Assembly: GCA_943359455.1 (NCBI GenBank)
Contig: CALRHL010000001.1
Span: forward strand, 21,184 to 85,183
Direction: 5' to 3'
From: Candidatus Uhrbacteria bacterium RIFOXYB12_FULL_58_10
GTDB taxonomy: Bacteria > Patescibacteriota > Patescibacteriia > UBA9934 > GWF2-40-263
DNA: 64,000 nucleotides
Shown here: piece after piece, positions 19,623 through 33,551 of the stretch
Position numbering within the stretch: position 1 is the first letter of the stretch
Layout: every line of letters starts with the position of its first letter
Notes under the pieces: generated by a model
The model's input: the letters and a program-made list of their open reading frames with translations, nothing else
Told to the model about the DNA's origin: nothing
The model's database searches: none
Program-made: the position numbers and the translations under genes

Positions 19623-19982
19623 TTACACCTCTGACCGAAGTTCAAGACCGCGGATTCCTTTAAAATCCTTCGTATTTCTAGTGACTAATGGAAAACCGCA
19701 TTCAATGGCTGTTCCCGCAATTAATAAATCAACAACCCGACCACGTTTTGTTCGTGCAATCTTTGCAGCTCGATCTGCAATTACTTCTGTAATCGGAATC
19801 ACATCACAAGATCGTATTAACAATAAAAGAAGGGCCTCCTCATCTTTTGATAAACCAGGATATCGTAATGCCTCAAAAACCGATAAAGCAGAAATGGCAA
19901 CGGAACCAGGAATAAACGAAAATGCTGGCATTGCCGCAATGTGCAAGATTAAAATATTTGTATCAACGAGAACGCGCGTCAT
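19623..19982 (-). CDS. PIN-domain (VapC-like) toxin
   Basis: LVDTNILI, DLLIAGTA and LVTRNTKDF. Confidence 0.88.
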   Translation of the reverse strand: MTRVLVDTNILILHIAAMPAFSFIPGSVAISALSVFEALRYPGLSKDEEALLLLLIRSCDVIPITEVIADRAAKIARTKRGRVVDLLIAGTAIECGFPLVTRNTKDFKGIRGLELRSEV

Positions 19983-20176
19983 ACTGACTTCCAAGAACCC
20001 CGTGAACGTTCTATTGCACGCAAAAGAACAAATGCTCGTTGTTTCGAAATCTTTCCTGCGGTCTCAGACCATACATCACGAGACGTTCGCTTTGAGCGGT
20101 TAGATACCACGTGTTGATGCAAACCAATCATTTGTTCTAATTTTGTGACCCTTTGTTCAAGTATTTTTACAGTCAT
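19979..20176 (-). CDS. Probable antitoxin for the PIN toxin
   Basis: Small ORF overlapping the toxin start (ATGA). Confidence 0.6.
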   Translation of the reverse strand: MTVKILEQRVTKLEQMIGLHQHVVSNRSKRTSRDVWSETAGKISKQRAFVLLRAIERSRGSWKSV

Positions 20177-20223
20177 ATATCTATATAATACCAAATCGAA
20201 TCCTCTTGTCGAGTCATCGTTGT

Positions 20224-20676
20224 TTAACCCAGGCTAAAATATTTCTGTAGAATCGCTCGGTATATCTCTCCACGACTGACCATCCCAACGAGTTTATTTT
20301 CTTCAAGAACAGGAACTTGGTGAATTCCACTTGCGACCATGAGTGCTCCTATCTTCAAAACAAGAGTATCAGGCGTTGTAGTAAGAACACGCTTTTCCAT
20401 GAGCAATTCGATTGCTCGGTCCGCGACATCTGTTGCGGATTGTTCAATGTCATTGAAGTCGGTGTAAGACTCTGGGTGTGTAATCCAATGTTTATAGGAT
20501 GGATACAGACCACGAAACAGATCTTTTTCTGAAAGAATACCAACAAGCACCCCCGCCCCATCAACAACTGGCACCGCGGACAGATGATTCTCCAGCAAAA
20601 ACCCAGCAGCCTCACGCCAAGTGGTCGAGGTCAACAGCGTCACTATCCCTTCACGCATGACATCACGAACCATCAT
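20224..20676 (-). CDS. CBS-domain pair protein
   Basis: VPVVD..LVGILSEKDL and VPVL..LVGMVSRGEI. Confidence 0.9.
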   Translation of the reverse strand: MMVRDVMREGIVTLLTSTTWREAAGFLLENHLSAVPVVDGAGVLVGILSEKDLFRGLYPSYKHWITHPESYTDFNDIEQSATDVADRAIELLMEKRVLTTTPDTLVLKIGALMVASGIHQVPVLEENKLVGMVSRGEIYRAILQKYFSLG

Positions 20677-20755
20677 ATGTCTCTATCAGACCACTTTTTG
20701 AAGACGATGTAAAGAGGGATTCGCCTCCGTTTTTTATCAAAAAATCCCACCAGAA

Positions 20756-21316
20756 TTACTCCGGTGGGTAGTGGATGTCGAGGGCGTGGATAGCTTTCGT
20801 GTATGCTTGGTTGAACTGTTCAACGAGATACGGACTCACGCTGCTGCATGCGTCTGCGACGACTTTGGCTCCGAGCAAATAGTCGGAGAATTTTTGTCGC
20901 GTCCAACCCGTGGGTGGATCGGTGACGCAGGAGCGGACGTTTGAAGTGCTGTCCGCGTGTTTGCAACGCTTGACGCCGTCGCATTCAAATGACAAGCGTT
21001 CCGCCTGACGGAGCTTGCGCTTGAGTGTCGGGGTCCCTTTCCACTCGGGAGGATCTGTCAGACCATCTACCAGACGTGCAACTTCGGTTCCGAAGTACGC
21101 TCCGATCTCGCCAAGCGTTGTCAAAGTGTCTTCGAGCACATCGTGCAAATACCCGGCAGCAATCTCCTCCGCACTTCCTCCTGACTGCTCGATGAGCTCT
21201 GCAACTTCAGTCAAATGCACCGAGTATGGCTGGCAAGCACGGTTTGGCCGAACCAACCCCTCATGTCGCGAAAACGCAAATTCTCGAGCGGCACTGATCA
21301 GTTCTGTTCCAGTCAT
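20756..21316 (-). CDS. HD-domain protein (stand-alone RelA/SpoT hydrolase, Mesh1-like)
   Basis: PYSVHL, AGYLHDVLEDT, VDGLTD and KHAD. Confidence 0.85.
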   Translation of the reverse strand: MTGTELISAAREFAFSRHEGLVRPNRACQPYSVHLTEVAELIEQSGGSAEEIAAGYLHDVLEDTLTTLGEIGAYFGTEVARLVDGLTDPPEWKGTPTLKRKLRQAERLSFECDGVKRCKHADSTSNVRSCVTDPPTGWTRQKFSDYLLGAKVVADACSSVSPYLVEQFNQAYTKAIHALDIHYPPE

Positions 21317-21440
21317 ACAAGCTCCTCAGGGTGGTGCGAACGATATCACTGACGAGGAAAAAAATCAAAAAAATACGCTCCCGCTAAATTCTATCGGGAG
21401 CCACTTAGCCTGACCGTCCGAGAAACAAAAGGAGCTCATT

Positions 21441-21600
21441 AGACCTGTTGCTGTATAAGCTCCAGCCAAAAACGTCATATTTCGCCAAACTCTCGGTAAA
21501 ATATTTTTGGCTTAGCTTAGGCTAAACAAAAAATATTTTACCGTCGACTTTGTCTGAAATCTGCCATTTTGGATCAAGGATCTTATACAGCAACAGATCT
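21441..21600. mobile_element. 160-bp MITE with terminal IRs and 3-bp ATT target duplication
   Basis: AGACCTGTTGCTGTATAAG...CTTATACAGCAACAGATCT flanked by ATT at 21438-40 and 21601-03. Confidence 0.85.
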
Positions 21601-21801
21601 ATTTTTCGTCACACCAAGTATCCGTAAATTATTCAAAATGATAAACGGCGGTAGTGGGTCGTACTGAGGGACAACAAGGGGTCGTTTCAAACCGGCCTTG
21701 ATGTAAATACGATGGTCGCCCTTCATTCGTCTGAATGAGCACCCGTGTTCAATCAAAAATTTTTCAAAAATTCGCCAATCAACCGCGCCCAAATCTCCCA
21801 T
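21583..21801 (-). CDS. hicA: HicA-family toxin, C-terminus replaced by the MITE
   Basis: RMKGDHRIY...VVP motif; stop codon supplied by the MITE end. Confidence 0.82.
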   Translation of the reverse strand: MGDLGAVDWRIFEKFLIEHGCSFRRMKGDHRIYIKAGLKRPLVVPQYDPLPPFIILNNLRILGVTKNRSVAV

Positions 21802-21807
21802 AATATT

Positions 21808-22095
21808 TTAAGCCGTACATGGCACCATCACATTCACAACAGCCTGCTCAACGACTTCTGGAGGACTGAATTGCCCTTTTGCCTTCGTCCATCCCAGATC
21901 TTTGAGGACTGCATCTATACTATTCGTTTCCATCAACTCTTCAAAAAAAATCTGTACCGCTTCGCCAAACATTCTCTTGGCGTCTTGTTCTGATGACCCG
22001 CATGAAGATAAATCTAATGCTGGGGAGTATGCAACAAATGCCACTCCTTCGCGAAAAATGGTGACGGGAAGACCGCAAGAAATCGATTGATCCAT
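21808..22095 (-). CDS. hicB: HicB-like antitoxin
   Basis: FVAYSPALDLSSCGSSEQDA motif. Confidence 0.8.
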   Translation of the reverse strand: MDQSISCGLPVTIFREGVAFVAYSPALDLSSCGSSEQDAKRMFGEAVQIFFEELMETNSIDAVLKDLGWTKAKGQFSPPEVVEQAVVNVMVPCTA

Positions 22096-22211
22096 ATTAC
22101 GGTGACTTTACCAAATTCGCTGATATTTTTCAATAGTAACGTTGTAGATACTATTAAAGGTTACCGTAGCTCTCCGTGTAGATACTAATTCGGTAACTGT
22201 GTCGCCGTATG

Positions 22212-22267
22212 TGAACCGTACCCCAAAAAACGGACACTGTCGTGTCCACTTTTTGGGGTACGGTTCA
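22212..22267. mobile_element. 56-bp minimal derivative of the IS3 element
   Basis: Reverse complement matches the IS left end 7057-7100 (1 mismatch in 44 nt), then closes with GGGTACGGTTCA. Confidence 0.8.
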
Positions 22268-22303
22268 ACTTCACATCGGACTGTTTTGTGACTCTGACTG
22301 AGA

Positions 22304-26227
<3,924 letters not shown>

Positions 26228-26231
26228 ATGA

Positions 26232-29200
26232 TTATTTAATCTTCTTCTCTCCTGACAACTCGACCTTTTTACCATCCTTCATGAGTTCGACATCGAGACA
26301 CAGACCCTTCAACTCACGGATGAGCACATTAAATGATTCTGGAATGTTTACTTTGCGAATCGGTTCGCCTTTGATAATGGATTCATACGCTTTTGAACGC
26401 CCGACGATATCATCAGATTTGATCGTAAGGATTTCCTGCAACATGTGCGCGGCACCGTACGCTTCGAGTGCCCATACTTCCATTTCTCCAAAACGCTGTC
26501 CTCCAAACTGTGCACGTCCACCAAGCGGTTGCTGGGTGATGAGCGAGTACGGACCGATTGAACGTTGGTGAATTTTGTCTTCAACCATGTGTGAAAGTTT
26601 GAGCACGTACATGTATCCAACGGTAATCTGGTGGCCAAACTTTTCTCCGGTACGACCATCGAACAATGTCGACTGTGCACTCTTGTTGAATCCAGCACGT
26701 TCGAGCTCTCCATGAATCTGAGATTCTTTTACTCCATTCAAGACAGGAGTCGCCGCGCGATACCCAAGAGCATTTGCCGCAAGTCCAAGGTGAACTTCCA
26801 AAATCTGACCAAGGTTCATACGTGATACCACACCAAGAGGAGTGAGAATCACGTCGGCTGGTGTTCCGTCTTCCAAAAACGGCATATCTTCGACTGGCAC
26901 GAGTTTGGAAATAACACCTTTGTTTCCATGGCGTCCGGCAACCTTGTCACCAACCTGAATCTTGCGCATGTCTGCAACCGAAACTTGAATTTGTTTAATC
27001 ACGCCTGGATTAAGTTTGTCACCCGCTTCACGTGAAAACATTTTAATATCCACGACTTTTCCATGCTCACCATGTTCGAGATACAACGAAGAATCACGTA
27101 CATCACGTGCCTTTTCTCCGAAAATAGCACGAAGCAATTTTTCTTCGGCAGACAATTCCGTTTCTCCTTTCGGCGTAATCTTTCCAACGAGAATATCACC
27201 AGATTTTACCTCTGCTCCAATGCGAATGATCCCTTCAGAATCGAGGTTCTTCAACTTGTCTTCCGAAACGTTTGGAATGTCTGAGGTGACAATTTCCGGA
27301 CCAAGTTTTGTATCACGAACATCGATCATGTAGTTTTCAATATGCACCGAAGTATAGCGATCATCATGAACCAACCGTTCGCTCATAATAACGGCATCTT
27401 CAAAGTTATAGCCGTCCCAGCTCATAAACGCGACGAGTACGTTTTGACCGAGCGCCATTTCTCCTTTATCGACCGCAGACGAGTCAGCGATAACTCCACC
27501 ACGTTTAACCTGATCGCCAGGCATGACCACAGGACGCTGGTTGATACAGGTCGAATTGTTTGAACGTAAAAACTTTTTCAGCTCGTATTGGAAGACGTTA
27601 TTTTGTTTGTCTGTCACGTGAATCATCCCGCCATCGATTTTCGAAATCACTCCATCTTGCTCGGCAACAATCACATGTCCAGAATCTTTTGCGGCACGAT
27701 ATTCAATACCAGTTCCGACAATTGGTGCGTCTGGTTTAATCGTTGGCACCGCCTGACGTTGCATGTTCGTTCCCATGAGCGCGCGCGTGGCGTCGTCATG
27801 CTCCAAAAATGGAATGAGCGCGGTGCCGATCGAAACGATTTGTCGGCTCGACACATCCATATAATCTACTTCATTTTGGGTCACCACTTTTGGCTCACCA
27901 AATTTTCGACCACCAACCATATCATCTACCAAGTATCCTTCTTCATCGACTTTCACCGTTGCTGGAATCGTAACCGAACGCTCTTCTTTGAAGGCGTTAA
28001 TATATACAATTTCATCTGTCACGCGTGCTCGTTCCTTTCCGTCTTTCATCTCCTTGATGACCTTTCGATACGGCGTTTCAATAAACCCGTAGTCGTTGAT
28101 AACTGCGTAAGAAGAAAGATGGGCCACGAGACCGATGTTTGGTCCTTCTGGGGTGGCGATTGGACAGATACGACCATAGTGCGTTGGATGCACGTCGCGT
28201 ACTTCAAACCCAGCGCGTTCGCGAGAAAGCCCACCTGGACCCATCGCGGAAAGACGACGTTTGTGCTCGAGCTCTGAAAGCGGGTTGGTCTGATCCATGA
28301 ACTGAGAAAGCTGAGACGACATGAAAAACTCACGCACCGCACCAATCACGGGACGTGCGTTAATGAGACGACCTGGAGACAACGTTTCCATGTCGAGCGT
28401 CGACATACGATCTTTAATGATGCGCTCCATGCGAGCAAGACCAACGCGGAAACGACCCTGAATCAGTTCGCCAACCGCGCGCACACGTCGGTTTCCGAGG
28501 TGATCAACGTCATCTGGTTCTTCTTGGGTAATGTTGAGACGAATGACCTCCTTAATAATGTGAACGAGATCTTCTTTTGTAATAATGCGATTTTCTTCTG
28601 GAGCAACATGTTCGTCCGTTGTATCTAAATTGAAACGTAAGTTGAATTTATAGCGTCCAACTTTTCCAAGATCATAACGATCGAAGTTGAAAAACATCGA
28701 GTGGATAAGTCCACGTGCGTTGTCAGGAGTTGCGAGATCGCCTGGACGAATACGTTTGTAAACTTCCGTGAGACCTTCCTCCTCGTTTTTTGCCGCATCT
28801 TTTGCAATGGTCGCTTCGATGTAGTGGTTGGTTGGATGCGTATCAACATCTTTAAACAACGCAAGAATTTCCTCGTCGGTGTGATATCCAAATGCACGCA
28901 TGAGGGATGTAACGGCCACTTTACGCTTACGATCGATCTTCACCCAAATAACATTTTTTGGATCCGTTTCAAATTCCAACCATGCGCCACGGTTCGGAAT
29001 AATTTTTGCTCCGTAGTAGCGACGACCACGATAAACTTCTCCGGTGAAAAACGCTCCCGCTGAACGTACGAGCTGTGCGACAATGACCCGCTCGATGCCG
29101 TTGATGATAAACGTTCCGCGAGGCGTCATGATCGGAAGGTCACCAAGATAAATTTCCTGCTCCTTTGTGACGCTTGTGCGTTTATTCACGAGACGTGTTT

Positions 29201-29489
29201 TCACGCGAAGAGGTGCTTCGTATGTCACGTTTTTTTCACGCGATGTTTTTTCGTCAAACTTTGGTTCGTCGAGGAAATATTCCTCAAATGACAATTCTAA
29301 ATCGCGTCCGATAAAATCTTTAATCGGCGAAACCTCGTGGAAAAGCTCTTTGAGACCTTCCTCAAAAAACCATCGGTATGAGCGAAGTTGGACCTCAATA
29401 AGGTCTGGCAACTCCATCGCGTCTTTCACGGCCCCTGGAAAATACTTCCGAGCTGGCTCTGTAACGTAACTGCGTCGGTAATTAGGCAT
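26232..29489 (-). CDS. rpoB: RNA polymerase beta subunit
   Basis: [25 protein letters not shown] and GGQRFGEME. Confidence 0.99.
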   Translation of the reverse strand: MPNYRRSYVTEPARKYFPGAVKDAMELPDLIEVQLRSYRWFFEEGLKELFHEVSPIKDFIGRDLELSFEEYFLDEPKFDEKTSREKNVTYEAPLRVKTRLVNKRTSVTKEQEIYLGDLPIMTPRGTFIINGIERVIVAQLVRSAGAFFTGEVYRGRRYYGAKIIPNRGAWLEFETDPKNVIWVKIDRKRKVAVTSLMRAFGYHTDEEILALFKDVDTHPTNHYIEATIAKDAAKNEEEGLTEVYKRIRPGDLATPDNARGLIHSMFFNFDRYDLGKVGRYKFNLRFNLDTTDEHVAPEENRIITKEDLVHIIKEVIRLNITQEEPDDVDHLGNRRVRAVGELIQGRFRVGLARMERIIKDRMSTLDMETLSPGRLINARPVIGAVREFFMSSQLSQFMDQTNPLSELEHKRRLSAMGPGGLSRERAGFEVRDVHPTHYGRICPIATPEGPNIGLVAHLSSYAVINDYGFIETPYRKVIKEMKDGKERARVTDEIVYINAFKEERSVTIPATVKVDEEGYLVDDMVGGRKFGEPKVVTQNEVDYMDVSSRQIVSIGTALIPFLEHDDATRALMGTNMQRQAVPTIKPDAPIVGTGIEYRAAKDSGHVIVAEQDGVISKIDGGMIHVTDKQNNVFQYELKKFLRSNNSTCINQRPVVMPGDQVKRGGVIADSSAVDKGEMALGQNVLVAFMSWDGYNFEDAVIMSERLVHDDRYTSVHIENYMIDVRDTKLGPEIVTSDIPNVSEDKLKNLDSEGIIRIGAEVKSGDILVGKITPKGETELSAEEKLLRAIFGEKARDVRDSSLYLEHGEHGKVVDIKMFSREAGDKLNPGVIKQIQVSVADMRKIQVGDKVAGRHGNKGVISKLVPVEDMPFLEDGTPADVILTPLGVVSRMNLGQILEVHLGLAANALGYRAATPVLNGVKESQIHGELERAGFNKSAQSTLFDGRTGEKFGHQITVGYMYVLKLSHMVEDKIHQRSIGPYSLITQQPLGGRAQFGGQRFGEMEVWALEAYGAAHMLQEILTIKSDDIVGRSKAYESIIKGEPIRKVNIPESFNVLIRELKGLCLDVELMKDGKKVELSGEKKIK

Positions 29490-29655
29490 AGAAACAAAAA
29501 TTTCACCCGTTTTGCGGCGTGAAGTTAAAACAATGAGTTTGTGCGCTGGTGCGACATGGAGGGGGATTAGATTCCTTCTTATGTCTGCACCCGGTGGACA
29601 ATTCAGCGACAAACGGGGTGATAGATTGACTCGAACTTTTCTCAATTCTGCGCGA

Positions 29656-29684
29656 ATTCTAACAATTTGAATGATTTATGTCAA
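29656..29684 (-). promoter_or_regulatory. rpoB promoter
   Basis: TTGACA-17 nt-TAGAAT on the minus strand, implying a ~160-nt leader. Confidence 0.7.
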
Positions 29685-30091
29685 GTGGAAGGACTGGGGA
29701 TTGTCAAGGATTGCTAGAATTTAGCTAAACTGAGCATAAAACTCATTTTAGAAAGGCTGTCAAATGGAGGATATACCGATGTTATGCACAGAAAAAATGT
29801 ACTAATGAAATACGAATTAGATGCAACCTACATCCATAAAATACCCCATCCAAAGCTGCAAGGCACGGCCACGATACGAAGAGTCAAGACGCTATTTTTG
29901 AGCGGAGGAGAGAGCCTTTTTTCCGACGCCCGTGGGCACCAGAAATCGCTCGCAACATCGTTCTGACAAAATCGTGCCATCCCTCGCAGCTTTGGATGGA
30001 GTATGGAAACATCTCTGTACATACGATGATACTCCTGCGAAAAAAATAATCAAGAAAAAATCCCTGCTAGCAATAGCAGGGCATACTTGTT

Positions 30092-30652
30092 TTAAAGGCT
30101 GGACAAGTAACCAGCATATATCGACTGGGCAATTTCAGAAAGCTTGTTTTCCTCTGAAACAATCTCTAAATCACACAACCTTTTGAATTCAGAAGACTTA
30201 TAATTCGCCAATTCTCTGTGGGTATTGCGTGACCTACCCTCATGGTTATTTCTGCCATCAATCATCAATCTTTGCTCCAGGATTTCTATCGAAGGGGGCA
30301 AAACAGAGACGACGTAGAGGTGATTTGGAAATGCTGTCGTCATCACTTCCAGACAAGCAAGCGGCCAGTCAAGTACGGGGACATTTCCCTCTTCTAATAC
30401 TTTTGTAATTAAAGAACGAGGTGTGCCACAACGAATCCCGTAAATTTCGTTGACAGACAGGAGCTCTCCACGAGACCACAAATCATCCATTACCTCATCA
30501 CTTATGGAGATCTTGGTGTCTTCTTTTCCTCGTGAGGGCCTGGTTGTAAATGGAACGATGTAGATAAATCTACTATCCAACACAAGCAGCTCTTTGATGA
30601 TAGAACTCTTGCCAACACCTGAAACTCCAAGAACAAGTAGTAGCTTATTCAC
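30092..30652 (-). CDS. Guanylate-kinase-like nucleotide kinase (atypical)
   Basis: P-loop GVSGVGKS, TTRPSR and PPSIEILEQRL. Confidence 0.85.
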   Translation of the reverse strand: MNKLLLVLGVSGVGKSSIIKELLVLDSRFIYIVPFTTRPSRGKEDTKISISDEVMDDLWSRGELLSVNEIYGIRCGTPRSLITKVLEEGNVPVLDWPLACLEVMTTAFPNHLYVVSVLPPSIEILEQRLMIDGRNNHEGRSRNTHRELANYKSSEFKRLCDLEIVSEENKLSEIAQSIYAGYLSSL

Positions 30653-30718
30653 CTTCGCCTTTTCTTTTTAGGAAAGGGGGAAAACGATGTAGATTCGTGG
30701 TCTGTTCGTTTTTGATAC

Positions 30719-31615
30719 TCATCCAGGAGAATCCTTTCGGTGAAAAAAGGTTGTCTTGCGATAATGCTGATCATGGTTTTCGTGGTAGTTTTCCGCATTG
30801 ATTTTTTCCAACCACCGCGCAATCAGCTCATCCATCGAATCCTTGAGGATGTCTCCCACGACAACTTCGTGGGTAACTCCATCAAGGTTGGTGGGGATGA
30901 CCACTAAACCCTTAGGATTCACCATGAAATACGCCTTATCCCTTGTGGAAGCGGGTGCAATCATGATTTTGGAACCGAAGAAGGACTTTTGAAGCAGTTC
31001 GGCCATTTCTGTCTCAAAAGCAGAGGTCTTGTGAAGGATTGGTTGACGAAGCTCCTGCTGGAATTCGTAATCAATCAACTCGTAAATCTTCCAGGTGTTA
31101 ATGACCTCCATAAACGGCTGTAGCAGATCGGCGATGGCTAGGAAATCACCAACGGTTGCTTTTGAGTAGACTGTTCCCACTCGCAACAACCTTGGCTTTT
31201 CGCTTGGCCTCGTTTTATAGTGCCGAAGCACTTCCAGACAAGAGAAAAACGTTTTCCTATCCGCACGAGATCTTGCGTGAATCTCGCTCGTAGATCCATC
31301 CAATGGAATGTTGAGCGAAGTCACGTACTTGCCGATTTCTCCTTCAAACCGTGCAAAATAGGATGTGTTGGTAGAGAGCGCAATGCTCATATTAGCTTCA
31401 TGCAGAATACGCATGACTTCGCCAATACTCGGCACCAGTAGCGGTTCTCCCCCTGTGAGAACCACCGTTTTCACCCCCAAGTCCTTGAACCTCCAAATGA
31501 TTTCAAAGAGCTGTTTAAGTGGCAAGGTCCGTTCTGTTTTAGGTGGCCCATAGCAGTGCAAACAACGAAGGTTGCACGTGCCAATGAGTTTCCAGTCCAC
31601 CGTGTCAATTTGCAA
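30719..31615 (-). CDS. Radical SAM protein, viperin-like
   Basis: CNLRCLHC, TGGEP, STN, WKIYE and AYFMVNPKG; no SPASM cysteines. Confidence 0.85.
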   Translation of the reverse strand: MQIDTVDWKLIGTCNLRCLHCYGPPKTERTLPLKQLFEIIWRFKDLGVKTVVLTGGEPLLVPSIGEVMRILHEANMSIALSTNTSYFARFEGEIGKYVTSLNIPLDGSTSEIHARSRADRKTFFSCLEVLRHYKTRPSEKPRLLRVGTVYSKATVGDFLAIADLLQPFMEVINTWKIYELIDYEFQQELRQPILHKTSAFETEMAELLQKSFFGSKIMIAPASTRDKAYFMVNPKGLVVIPTNLDGVTHEVVVGDILKDSMDELIARWLEKINAENYHENHDQHYRKTTFFHRKDSPG

Positions 31616-31664
31616 TATTGCACCCCATAATTGTAAAGGACTGATTTGTTTATATCTTACTTAT

Positions 31665-32192
31665 CTAGTAAGAGTCAAAAAAATTCCTTTCAAATAACCT
31701 GTCAAAACAGACTTTTAATTGTGGATGGATTTGAATATTGGAATCAATGAGTTTTTTTGCATCAATGATTGAGAAGAAAGAACCTTCAGATACTTCGCCG
31801 TCCGTAAATGTAAAACCGTCACTGGTCTTCGTAATAAACGTTTTTACCAACCGTTGATGACCGTTATCTCCCGTAAAAATAAACGTGTCAACGTCTTCAA
31901 TATATGTGGTAATACCGATTTCTTCCTGGAGTTCCCTGACCGCGGCTTCCTGATGGGTTTCCCCTGAGTGGACGTGTCCACCAGCCGAAGTGCAGTAATA
32001 ATTCGGCAGGAATGATTTTGTCGCAGAGCGTTTTTGTAGGTATATCGCTGGATAATTCGGGTGCAAGACGAGAACATGAACAATCCGATGAAGAAGCTTT
32101 TTGTCGTAAATTTCTTCCTTCGAAGCAGAGCCGATTATAAAATCGTCTTTGTCTACAATATCCAATACCTCAACATCCTTTTCGGAGTTCAT
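31665..32192 (-). CDS. Nudix hydrolase (IDI/YfcD-like)
   Basis: LHRIVHV, LQKRS and Nudix box GGHVHSGETHQEAAVRELQEEIG. Confidence 0.92.
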   Translation of the reverse strand: MNSEKDVEVLDIVDKDDFIIGSASKEEIYDKKLLHRIVHVLVLHPNYPAIYLQKRSATKSFLPNYYCTSAGGHVHSGETHQEAAVRELQEEIGITTYIEDVDTFIFTGDNGHQRLVKTFITKTSDGFTFTDGEVSEGSFFSIIDAKKLIDSNIQIHPQLKVCFDRLFERNFFDSY

Positions 32193-32305
32193 CTTATTTC
32201 ATGATAAAAATTATCTACCTGAAGTTAGTCTAAGATAACATGAAAAATTTGTAAATGAAGAAAAAAGCCCTCCGCACGCTGTTGAGCAGTGGGGAGGACA
32301 GGAGG

Positions 32306-33349
32306 TTACGCGTCGAGCGTTGGTTCGGTGCCCTCGGTGGCAATTTCGGTTGCGTGTCTGGTATCACCTTCGGTTTCTGAAGGCAGACCGAGACGACGAC
32401 GCTCGTTGTAGGTGTATTCCTCGATATTCATCGAGATCAACCTGCCAAGAAATGCATCCAAAGCCTCCTCGATCTCTTCAACACGATCTGGGTGAAGATG
32501 GACGATGCGATCTAGACACCATCCGAGCAGACGGACAAGTTTCGTCGGTCCACTCCTGACAGGCGGCGCGGTGCCAGGCTCTAGAACAGGGACAATCTGC
32601 TTCTTGTAATCCGGAATCTCTGCAGATTGGAACCACAGAATGTCGACCGTCGGTTGGATCGTCTTTTCCCGAATCATTCCATCCTTCGTGCAGTGAACGA
32701 CTGCGTCTCGTTTGACAACGGCCACCTTCGCATCTGCTTCAAACACATGACGAAACCCAGCCTTCCGTGCCGAAGACGATTTTCCGTATCGTCTGAAAAC
32801 AACAGCTGGCTCCTCTCTTGATCGAACGTACAGGAGCGGCTCACCAAAACGCGGGGTGATCATTGCGACAACTTCATCATTCTCGATGGTGCGAACAGGA
32901 ATGACTCGATGCGATGCGATCCGACAGGCGTTTGCCATGTAGGCAGCATCTTCTGCCCGATCTCGGTCTTCCTTATTCAAGAACTCAGGCTTGAATCCTG
33001 CAAGCTGGCCCTTCACCGCATCCCCAATCGTGACATGAGCACTGCTTTGTTTTTGCGTTCGCACTGGTCGATCCTGGTACGGACGCGATACGGGTCGTTC
33101 GACTAGTGTTTCCGTCACCTCAGCCACATTGTCACAGACGATCTGGCGAGTTCCTACACGAGAAGGAACAAATGTCTTTGGTGCATCACTGACTTGCCCC
33201 TGTTCAGATCCAGCAATGACTTCCGACTCCTCGGTCTCTCGAAATGTCTCTGCTGGTGCCATCGCAACCGGCATGACATTGTCGATCACGACCATTCGAC
33301 GCACACGCGGCGCCATTTGCGTAGGAACAACAACATGTTTCTTTGCCAA
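32306..33349 (-). CDS. Hypothetical protein
   Basis: 347-aa ORF, SD GGAG before TTG. Confidence 0.65.
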   Translation of the reverse strand: MAKKHVVVPTQMAPRVRRMVVIDNVMPVAMAPAETFRETEESEVIAGSEQGQVSDAPKTFVPSRVGTRQIVCDNVAEVTETLVERPVSRPYQDRPVRTQKQSSAHVTIGDAVKGQLAGFKPEFLNKEDRDRAEDAAYMANACRIASHRVIPVRTIENDEVVAMITPRFGEPLLYVRSREEPAVVFRRYGKSSSARKAGFRHVFEADAKVAVVKRDAVVHCTKDGMIREKTIQPTVDILWFQSAEIPDYKKQIVPVLEPGTAPPVRSGPTKLVRLLGWCLDRIVHLHPDRVEEIEEALDAFLGRLISMNIEEYTYNERRRLGLPSETEGDTRHATEIATEGTEPTLDA

Positions 33350-33551
33350 GAGAACTCCACAAGGTTAAGGTTGGAAGATCTTTTTAGCACCCAGCTCAAA
33401 ATAAGCGGCGCTAAAGTATAAAATTTATCATTAAATCAGCATTTTGTCAACCATTTCGTTCTTTTGTTCGTCCTTTCATCATTTCTGTGATAAAATATCG
33501 TTGATTTTTCTATTTGCTTTTCAATCTTGTCTCTTGATTCTTTTTATCTCT

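Noticed and set aside
22141-22200. TGTAGATACTA occurring twice ~34 nt apart, resembling a Cas12a repeat end
   Set aside because: Only two 11-nt copies, no full repeat stem and no cas genes; not a CRISPR array
29700-30090. Short ORFs between rpoB and the kinase as a fourth system gene
   Set aside because: 60-84-aa ORFs on both strands with no motif or start signal
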